NCBI GenBank assembly: GCA_963835065.1
Contig: CAWIEK010000050.1
Span: forward strand, 1-64,000
Source of the DNA: an uncultured Chthonomonadaceae bacterium
GTDB lineage: Bacteria > Armatimonadota > Chthonomonadetes > Chthonomonadales > Chthonomonadaceae
Reading direction: 5' to 3'
DNA length: 64,000 bases
Position 1 is the stretch's first letter. Each line of letters opens with the position of its first letter. A program made the translations under genes and the position numbers. This document shows positions 56,154-64,000 of this stretch, one piece after another. Under the pieces are notes generated by a model that was not told where the DNA came from, did no database searches, and was given only the letters and a program-made list of their open reading frames with translations.

Positions 56154-59100
56154 TCGACCCCTTCAATCTCCACCCCCGCCACCGCCAGCCTTGCCAGTTG
56201 GCCTAATGCCCATTCCGCGTCGCGGGACGAGCGGCCGCGCGCCAGTTCCAGCAGGAGGGGAATGTCCTGCGAGGTTTCCGCGTCCAGGCGGCGCTTGACC
56301 AGTTCTTTGGCTTTGCGGCCTTGATTGCGGGCGCGCAGTACCTGACGGTCGAAGGCGGGAGCCTGCGCGAATCGTTCCTCGGTTTGTGAGCAGGCGGGAC
56401 GCGAGAAACGCTTCCATTTGCGGGTCGGTGTTTTCCGACAGGCGGTTGAATATCGCCTCGTGGGAAACGGCTTCCCAACGCGCTTCCAGGTATTGCCGGC
56501 CATAAGCGCGAACCGGGGCTTTGGGGCTGTCGCACAGGGCGGTAATGAACTCAATGGCGTGTTCGTCGTTAGTCGGCACGGCCTCAAAGAACGTTTTGCC
56601 CATAGCCACAGCGGGCGGCAGTTCGGACTCCAGCAGGCGCAGGGCGAACGGCATCCTCATGCCCACTTGCGCAACGCGCTCCAGCCCCCAGGCGCGAATG
56701 TCGGGCAGCATATGCGTGGCGATTTGCAGCAGGGCGGGCGAGTCGGCGGTAAACAGCGCGTCATGCGCCTGTACCCATCGGCCTAAAATCGGGCCGTAAA
56801 CCGGGTTGGCGGTGTTCAGAAATTCGGGATCGTCAAGCGTCAGGAAGGTGGCGCTGACGATTTCATCTTCGAGCAGGCGGGAAGATGAGAACCGGGTTGT
56901 TTGCCGTACCTACCTGCTTCCATGCCAGTTGCCAGAACGCGGCGATTTGGCCCGCCTGTTCCAGGCCGTTGACAATGGTTTGCCGCAGTTCGGGCCACTG
57001 CGCGTCCGTTGCCGCTCCCACCAGTCCAAGTATGGAGGCGACGGGCAGAACCCGCACAATGTTTTGCAGTGCGGATTGCGGCAATAGCCTGACCAGAAAC
57101 GGGCGCGTTTCCAGCAAGCCTTGCAGCCGGGTTCCATCCAGCGACAGGCGATTAAACAGGGCAATGGCAGCCGGGGAACCGGTTGCCGAGCGCAGGGCGT
57201 CCGTTTCCGTTGTGGCGGCAAGCAGTTCGTCCCAGACAGGAATTAAGTTGCTGTCGGGCGTCATACTGGCGGCAATCAAGTCCCATCCGGTGCGCCGTAT
57301 CCATTCGGAAGGGGCATTGACCAGTTCCTTCATTTTGGCTGTTGGAATCGGTTTGGAGCGGATACTTTCCGTCAGGGCGCCCAGGGCTTGCGTCCGCAAA
57401 TCATCCGGCAAGTTTTCAAGATTTTGCAGCCACACGTCCAGTTGCGCAATTGACGCCTGCCGCAGCGTGTCCAATCCCCATTGCAGCAATTCCGGCCTGC
57501 GCGTGGCATATAACTGCACGGCAAGCGCGGGAGATACCTGCTTACTCAGCACGGTGGGGAACTGCGCGACAAGGTATGCGAAAGCAATCCCCTGTCGGCG
57601 CGTCAGTTTGCCGTCTTGAGCGTTGTCGCTTGCCAGTTTGTACAGGCGGTACGCGAAAGGATTGATCCATTGGCTGCTCAGATTGGCTTGCCGCGCAATA
57701 TAATCTTTTATGGTCTGGCGCGTTCGGCCACTGCCCTTGAAAAAAACTTCCGCCGCTATATCTGCGGCTACGGTTTCCCCGTTGGCGAGTTTGGAAGCGA
57801 GGGCGCGGGATGCAAGCGTTGCCAGCAGGGGCGAGGGCGACTGCAAAAAGAACAACAGTCCGACATCCGGCACGTTGGGCAAAGGCCGCTTCATGCCGCG
57901 CAGCATTTTGCAGGCCGCTTCATGGGTTTGCCAGGGCAGTTCGGGCGTGACAACGAGGCTTTCCACCTGCTGCGGATAGCGATCCCAAAATTCGGGATGG
58001 CGCTCTTCGCGGGTGCGCAGGCTCAGATGCCTGCCGCGCAGCAGGTACGCGCCCCGTCCGTGCGATGCCTGTTCGTAGCGGCGGGAGTTGCCGTACAGAA
58101 TGTCCATCGAAACCCATTGTACGCGGGTGTCGAGTTCCTGCCGATCCTTGCCCGTTGTCAGCAACATTTGCGTTGCCTGCTGAACATACTGCGCGGGGTC
58201 TTGTTCGGCCAGGCTGCGCAGGGCGCGGCGGACGCGGCGTTTCATGTAGCCGAAGGTTTTGTTGGACGGCAACGCGCCGAGCAGATAGGGACGCTCCGGC
58301 TGGCGAACATCCAGGATTTGCAGGGACGAGGCGTGATGAGGCCGGGTTTGCAGGTCAAAAAAGACATGGTTCGGGTCATCGGCGGAAGCGGCTATCGGCC
58401 CGACAATGCCGCCGATAAACGCGCCCATAAGCCGGGGCTGTGTGGGAACGGCAATGTCAACAACTTTCAGGCCGCTTTGCTTGACATTGTTATAGCCCGG
58501 CCCTTCAAAACTGACGAAGGCGTGATTTTTGCCAAGCGCAAGCGATTTGGCGCTTTCAAATTCCAGCATGGTGGCGGGTGTGAGGGGGATTCCATGTGCA
58601 TCCAGCCGATACACGTTCAGCCCCAATTTTTCCGCAGCCGTCTCATAATAGCTGGCGCGTCCCACAGTGACAAACAGGTGATTATCCTGAATTCTAATGT
58701 CGGTGGCTCCCGGCACATCCAGTGAGTTCGCCTGACGCGGCTGAAAGGGGTTGGACAGATCGTAAGTGACGATTTTCTGGCGGTTGTTGTAGCGTTCGCC
58801 GGACAGAACGTAAATCTTTTGCCCCAAAACGGCAAAATCGATAGGCGCGTCCACTTTGGTCTTGCTGACCGTTACAACAGCAGTGAGGATTGGAAACGTT
58901 CAGAATTGTCAGAAAACACTCGCGGTAGTAGTTGCTGATGACTGCCACACTCATGCCCAGGCGGGCAATACGAACCGGATATTTCAACTCACTGGAAGCA
59001 ATGCTTTGAGGATGGGCCGGATTGGACACGTCCACGATATGCAGCATTCCTGTCTGCCGATTGTAATACCCGCTTTCAAGGACGTAGGCCGTTTTGCCAT

Positions 59101-59599
59101 TCTCCACTATCAAATCTTGTGGATTAGGAATGTTGAGGTAGCCCAAAGGCCGGGGCTGCGCAGGATCGGAAATGTCCAGAATATGCAGGCCGGGGCGATT
59201 GCCTCTGGTCAGCAGATACGCGAGGCTGCCGGATACGAACACCCGCGCAGTGTTGTTGATACCCGCCGACGTGAGGGGCGTCGGCAGCATTTCCGGCGTT
59301 TCGGGCAAGGGCTGAACGTCCAGCCGACACGCAAGCGGCTGCAAAATATCCCAATCCTGCAACGTTTCCGCCGCCTTGTACAAGCGCTTCACCTGCGCCC
59401 AATAGCCATACGCAAACGGCGCGGTCTGCGCCACCTGTTTCCATTCGGCGCGGTTTGCCTCCGTAATGGCAATCGGCGCGGGTGGGGCGCTTGTAGCCGT
59501 TGGCATATCAGCGGCAGTCGGAGCGGCAGCGCCCCCACCGAACAAACGTTTGAACAGGGACGCAATCGCCCCCAATCCTGATGGTTCATCCTGAGCCAT
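56135..59599 (-). CDS. Large (~1150 aa) LVIVD-repeat propeller + HEAT/ARM-like protein (retron accessory), three frameshifts
   Basis: Pieces 58694..59599, 56863..58854, 56163..~56885 and 56135..~56385. Repeats such as LHILDISDPAQP, LHIVDVSNPAHP, LKVVDIAVPTQP and LQILDVRQPERP precede a long Leu-rich helical region. Confidence 0.75.
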
Positions 59600-59624
59600 A
59601 ATGGTTTCTTTCAGGTTTAACAAA

Positions 59625-59691
59625 GAACCCCTGCTTGAGCGGTTCCCCTTCTCCCAGGCTTTTTTGGGAGAAGGGGTCAGGGGTTGAGGGC
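59625..59691. repeat. REP-like hairpin between the ncRNA array and the first CDS
   Basis: ccccttctccca-ggcttttt-tgggagaagggg stem. Confidence 0.6.
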
Positions 59692-59704
59692 ACGTTGGTA
59701 CAAC

Positions 59705-59926
59705 CGCGAACACAGCCACTAATCACGTAAAGAACCGGCGGCAATCACTGTAGGCCGGGGATTAAATGCAAATTTTCATGTCTCGCATGAACCTGTTACC
59801 ACAGCGTCAAAAACATGAAATTTGTATTTTATCCCCGGCTGAGTAGAATTGCTGCCCGGTGATGGATGGCAGGCGAACCAACAGCCATGGCGAAGCGCCA
59901 CAGGCTCAATGCTGGCAATGTTCGCG
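59705..59926 (-). ncRNA. Retron msr-msd unit 1
   Basis: a1/a2: cgcgaacacagcca (59705-18) with tggcaatgttcgcg (59913-26). Candidate branching G at 59912. msd inner stem 59754-59781 / 59813-59839. Confidence 0.8.
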
Positions 59927-59970
59927 CAAACGACGGCAATACCAAACCACTGCAAACAAGCGAGATGAAA

Positions 59971-60196
59971 GCGGAAAGTCTCTGCCACTGATCTTGTAAG
60001 CAACCGGCGGCGATCACTGTAGGCGTCCGGGGACCCTGCCTTTACTCGCTAGCGTGATTTTATATCTCTCAGCGCCGAATCGAGTAAAGGCAGGGTCCCC
60101 CGGACGCTGAGTAGAATCGCTGTCCGGTGACGGATGACGGGCAATACAGCAGCCACGGCGAAACGCCGCAGACGGAATGCTGACAGAAAACTCCGC
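59971..60196 (-). ncRNA. Retron msr-msd unit 2
   Basis: a1/a2 59971-87 with 60181-96 (G-U pairs on the minus strand). Candidate branching G at 60180. Inner stem 60023-48 / 60081-107. Confidence 0.8.
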
Positions 60197-60205
60197 GGAG
60201 AATTC

Positions 60206-60281
60206 AGGACAAAAGGCAAAAGGAGAAAGGAAAAAGTAACATGGCCGATCACTTTCTCCTTTTTCCTTTCTCCTTTCTCCT
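60206..60281. repeat. Purine/pyrimidine heptamer hairpin (AAAGGAG-like) between ncRNA units 2 and 3
   Basis: aggacaaaaggcaaaaggagaaaggaaaaagt ... actttctcctttttcctttctcctttctcct. Confidence 0.75.
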
Positions 60282-60532
60282 GTAACTGCATGTGCCGAAA
60301 AAGCTACTAATCCTGTTGGGAACCGGCGGCGATCACTGTAGGCGGCAGGGTGCTAGTTGTCGCCGGGACGAGCATGGGCGCGTCTTCTCAGCGTCGAAGT
60401 TGCGGCGACAACTAGCACCCTGCCGCTGAGTAGAATCGCTGTCCGGTGTTGGATGGCAGGCGATACAGCAGCCATGGCGAAACGCCACAGACGGAATGCT
60501 AACCTGTTTCGGCTCTGGTGTTCAGTTACAGG
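60279..60532 (-). ncRNA. Retron msr-msd unit 3
   Basis: a1/a2: cctgtaactg..gccgaaa with tttcggc..cagttacagg. Candidate branching G at 60499 in UUAGC context. Perfect 24-bp inner stem 60342-65 / 60403-26. Confidence 0.82.
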
Positions 60533-60710
60533 GCTTTCACTGTCGGACGATGCGCCGAACCGGAAAGCCGTTCTTGGAAATACGTTGGTTGGTCTGGAAA
60601 ATTCCTGCGAACGCGCTTTTTGTTGCTTGAAAACGGCGTCACCCTCACGGCTGCGCATTGATTGGGCGCAGAAGGTTTTCCTGCCGACTTGTAGCGCTGG
60701 GGCAAAGGAA

Positions 60711-61541
60711 TTACGGCTGCGCGCCGTGTTGGATTAGAAAGGGGATGAGCCGCGTATTGTTCTGTTCGCGGGCAATCGTCAGGGCGGTTTTGTGGTACTT
60801 GTTGCGTTGGTTGATGTCGGCGTGGTACTGAAGCAGCAGAGCGGCAATGTCTACCACGTCGCCATCCGGGGAGGTGGCAAGGTTCATCAGGGGCGTGTAG
60901 CCATAGTTGTCCCAGACGTTGGGATTGGCGCGGGCTTGCAGCAGCAATCGCGTTGCGGCAAGTTGATGCCCGTAAATGGCGTGGTGCAGGGGCGTCGCGC
61001 CCGAAGTGTCTCGAATGTTGATGTGCGGATGGCGCAGCAGCAAAGCCGCGATTATTTTCGGGTCGCCGCGTTTCGCCGCCAGCATCAGCAGAGTGGTATG
61101 CTGATCCGATTCAGGATCGTCCTCCACATCCACGTCGGCCCCATGCCGCAGCAGCGCCTCGAAGACCGGCCAGCACTCATATGATGCCGCCCTCGCAATA
61201 ACGGGAGGTCCACCATGCCTGTGATACATGCTGAACGTCTCCTGTAAGGTGGAGCGAAAATACCAGGGACGGAATATGTCCCGGCTGAACCAGCGGCCCA
61301 AAACACCGGTTGAGGAACTTTGCTCATAAGCATAGAGGCGTACATTCGGGTCCGCGCCCTGCTGAAGCAAACTTTCCACCTCGACGGCGTGTTCTGATTC
61401 TGCCGCTTTCAGCAGGGCGATGTTGAGCGTTTTGCGATGCGCGGCGTGGCAGACCCAAAGGGCAAACACGCCGCAAACCAGCAGCCCGCTCACGAAATAA
61501 CGCCGGAGCAGGCGAAGGAGACGGAGAAAGCGATTTTTCAC
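60711..61541 (-). CDS. Ankyrin-repeat protein with N-terminal TM
   Basis: LLQQGADPN, GATPLHHA, GYTPLMNL and TALTIA. Confidence 0.88.
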   Translation of the reverse strand: MKNRFLRLLRLLRRYFVSGLLVCGVFALWVCHAAHRKTLNIALLKAAESEHAVEVESLLQQGADPNVRLYAYEQSSSTGVLGRWFSRDIFRPWYFRSTLQETFSMYHRHGGPPVIARAASYECWPVFEALLRHGADVDVEDDPESDQHTTLLMLAAKRGDPKIIAALLLRHPHINIRDTSGATPLHHAIYGHQLAATRLLLQARANPNVWDNYGYTPLMNLATSPDGDVVDIAALLLQYHADINQRNKYHKTALTIAREQNNTRLIPFLIQHGAQP

Positions 61542-61627
61542 AGCAGTTCCCTCCTTTCCCTACCGCAATTTCTCAATGCCCGGCCAAAGGTGAACAAGCA
61601 TCTGATTCATCCTTCATCCTTCATCCT

Positions 61628-63469
61628 TCATCCTTGCATCTCCGGCCATTGCGTATGCCAGTTTGTGGCGCGTTCGTATGCCAAGCCCAGGCGCAAAATC
61701 GCCGCTTCCTGATACAGATTGCCGACGAACTCGATGGACTGCGGTACGCCTTCCACCAGGCCGCAGCGCGTAATCAGCGTGGGATGCCCGGTCAGATTGG
61801 TGTAAACGAGGGTAGGGCCGTGAAAAGGAACGGTCACGTAACAGTCAATATCGGCGAACGTTTGCGCCATTTCCTGCTGCAAGCGCGTTCGCAGGCGCAT
61901 GGCCTGCAAATAATCGGACGCGGGAATGGTGCTGCCGATGCGGAAGGTATTGGGCCAACTGCCGTCTTCCTGCTGCGCCAGTTCGTCCAGTTTGCCGCTT
62001 GCCGACAGTTTATCGAATGCCGCCGCGCCCTCCGCGTCAATGGTCAGCCAGGCAATCGGCTGGTACATGGCCGCGTTTTTAGGGAGTTTAATGGGAACGG
62101 GCGTGACGCCCAGTTTGTGCAAAACTGCCAGCGCATCCGCATACGTTTGCGCCCGCTTGGTTTCCTTGCCGACCGCATCGAACGCGGCCTGGTCTATCCC
62201 GACGCGCAGTTTTTTCAGGGGCAGGTTGGGGTTCCAGCGAAACGGCACATCCGCTACAGTGGTGTCGCGTCCGTCCGGCCCGTAAATGGCGTTCAGGACA
62301 AGGGCGCAGTCTTCCACGCTCCGGCACATCGGCCCGATTTTGTCCATCGTCCATGACAGGGGCATGGCTCCATAACGCGAAACGCGCCCAAACGTGGGAC
62401 GCAGACCCGTCACGCCATTGCGCACGGACGGGCTGACGATGCTTCCCAACGTTTCCGTGCCGATGCTAAAACCAAGCAGTCCTGCCGCCGTCGCGCTGCC
62501 CGGTCCCGCTGAGGAACCGCTCGAACCCTGCTTGGTGTTCCACGGGTTGCGGGTCATGCCGCCAAACCACACATCGCCCATCGCCAGTTCGCCCATCGTC
62601 AGTTTGGCGACAAGCACCGCGCCCGCCGCTTCCAATCGCTCCACAACCGTCGCGTCGTAATCGAAAATCTGATGCTCATACGGCTTTGCGCCCCAGGTCG
62701 TGGGAATGTGGCGCGTGGCGAGCAGGTCTTTCGCGCCCCAGGGGATGCCGTGCAGCGCGCCCCGGTATTTCCCCGCCGCCATTTCCCGATCCGCGCGCTC
62801 CGCCTGCGACAAAGCCAGCTCTTCGGTCAGGTTCACGACATTGAGCAGGCGCGGGCCGTAACGCTTCAGCCGTTCCAAATACATGCGCGTCAACTGCATG
62901 GACGTGATCTTGCCGGCGCGTATCAGGCTGGACAGTTCCCCCACGCTTGCAAACGCGAGGCTTTCCGCATTGCCGTCATAAGCGGGCAAAGGAACGCGGC
63001 TCTGGCGAAAAGAACCTTTCCCTGTGGGAAACTTCATACCCGGCAATTGCGGGTCGAAACGGACGGCGGGCGCAAGCAGGGGATCGGTATCGCCCTTGCG
63101 CAGCGCCTGCATGTTCTGCCGAATGTCGGTCAGCGAACGCGCCATCTGTTCGCGCTGCTTGTCCGTATAAGCGCGTCCCGCCAATTTGTCGGCAGCCGCA
63201 ATGTCGGCAGGCGTGATTGCATCAGCAGGAGCGGCGGGCGTTGGCGTTTCCTGCGTTTCTTCCCCGCCGGCGGTGGCAGCCGTTCCCGCCAACCCCGCCG
63301 CCACAAGCCCCTTCACAAAATCCCGACGGCCTACTTTCTTACCATCACCGGTTTTGGCGCGGCTTTTCGCAGTGGGAACTGTGGCTTCCGGCGCGTCGGC
63401 AACGTTTTCCCCGGCAGAGTTTACTGTCGCAGAGTTGTTTGCATCAAGCGTGGTATGTTTCTTCGGCAA
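61628..63469 (-). CDS. Amidase signature family enzyme with Tat-like motif
   Basis: GIPWGAKDL, GSSGSSAG, IGTETLGSIVSPS and GRRDFVKG. Confidence 0.92.
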   Translation of the reverse strand: MPKKHTTLDANNSATVNSAGENVADAPEATVPTAKSRAKTGDGKKVGRRDFVKGLVAAGLAGTAATAGGEETQETPTPAAPADAITPADIAAADKLAGRAYTDKQREQMARSLTDIRQNMQALRKGDTDPLLAPAVRFDPQLPGMKFPTGKGSFRQSRVPLPAYDGNAESLAFASVGELSSLIRAGKITSMQLTRMYLERLKRYGPRLLNVVNLTEELALSQAERADREMAAGKYRGALHGIPWGAKDLLATRHIPTTWGAKPYEHQIFDYDATVVERLEAAGAVLVAKLTMGELAMGDVWFGGMTRNPWNTKQGSSGSSAGPGSATAAGLLGFSIGTETLGSIVSPSVRNGVTGLRPTFGRVSRYGAMPLSWTMDKIGPMCRSVEDCALVLNAIYGPDGRDTTVADVPFRWNPNLPLKKLRVGIDQAAFDAVGKETKRAQTYADALAVLHKLGVTPVPIKLPKNAAMYQPIAWLTIDAEGAAAFDKLSASGKLDELAQQEDGSWPNTFRIGSTIPASDYLQAMRLRTRLQQEMAQTFADIDCYVTVPFHGPTLVYTNLTGHPTLITRCGLVEGVPQSIEFVGNLYQEAAILRLGLAYERATNWHTQWPEMQG

Positions 63470-63511
63470 TGTTCTTCCTCACAAGATCAAAAATAGAGTT
63501 GATTTTCAATA

Positions 63512-64000
63512 TCACCGCCGCTTGGGAACCGCTAATCCCTGCGCGGCTTCCTGCGGGTCGAGTTGAAAACTGTCGGTAAGCAGGCGCTTTGTTTCTTCGG
63601 AAGGCGCGGCTCCGTGTTTTTCCAGCAGGCTGACCAGTGTTTGCAGGGGCTTCAACTGCCTTCCAAACTGGCGCGTAACCATTTGCGGCGTCGGGCTTGC
63701 GGCCCGGAAGGGAGCGCCCGGCGCGGTCGGCAGCGCCGCAGGATGCGCGGATTTTGGCGCGGCAATTGCGGTCATATAAGCCGCCAGCCATTGGCGATGA
63801 ACATCGGCGGCGAGAACAGCAAGCGCGTCCAGCGGCGTTTGTCCCTCCCCGTTGGCAAGGTTGGGATTTGCGCCATGCTCCAGCAGCAGAGCGCAACTCA
63901 CAGGATTCTTCTGGTTTACGGCAAGATACAGCGCGGTGTTACCCGGCTGGTTCTGGTGGTTGACATCGGCATGGGCGTTGAGCAGGTCAATCAGAATATC
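63512..64000 (-). CDS. Ankyrin-repeat protein (5' end outside window)
   Basis: ADVNHQNQPGNTALYLA and LLEHGANPNLANGEGQTPL. Confidence 0.8.
   Translation of the reverse strand, partial: DILIDLLNAHADVNHQNQPGNTALYLAVNQKNPVSCALLLEHGANPNLANGEGQTPLDALAVLAADVHRQWLAAYMTAIAAPKSAHPAALPTAPGAPFRAASPTPQMVTRQFGRQLKPLQTLVSLLEKHGAAPSEETKRLLTDSFQLDPQEAAQGLAVPKRR

Noticed and set aside
59733..60500. CRISPR array reading of the three repeats
   Set aside because: The period is about 270-320 bp, the variable parts are long self-complementary hairpins inside a bipartite scaffold, and no cas genes are in the window
60540..60710. Possible fourth msr-msd unit
   Set aside because: Neither conserved scaffold block is present. 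This is probably a promoter or leader region, but no promoter could be called confidently.
59776..60737. Short ORFs over the ncRNA array, such as 59776..60003, 60049..60291, 60353..60658 and 60357..60737
   Set aside because: They are by-products of the repeats. Conservation follows base pairing, not codons.

Overview
GC-rich bacterial window that appears to have two parts. Bases 1 to about 8670 hold a PAP2 phosphatase, a lipid kinase, an FdhF/YdeP oxidoreductase, IS5 and IS256 elements and DUF3606. From about 8670 onward the DNA is rich in intergenic heptamer-repeat hairpins and carries mostly housekeeping or accessory genes: CHAT-TPR, tdk, glgB, DUF1592/DUF1552, an ars cluster and a Rieske oxygenase. 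Many genes are split by single-base frameshifts, most likely read or assembly indels. The main finding is a minus-strand retron locus at about 52.5-60.5 kb. It encodes a retron-type RT (NAxxH, YADD and VTG motifs, long N-terminal extension), a SWIM-zinc-finger/BRCT protein and a large LVIVD-repeat/HEAT-like protein. At its head is a tandem array of three complete msr-msd-like ncRNA units. Each unit has its own a1/a2 inverted repeat, a candidate branching G, covarying conserved stems, a unique 24-28 bp msd stem and a motif-bracketed variable loop. This looks like a natural multi-msDNA retron. Toxin-antitoxin-like genes and a class III cyclase lie directly downstream. All family calls come from reading motifs by eye; no database search was run.
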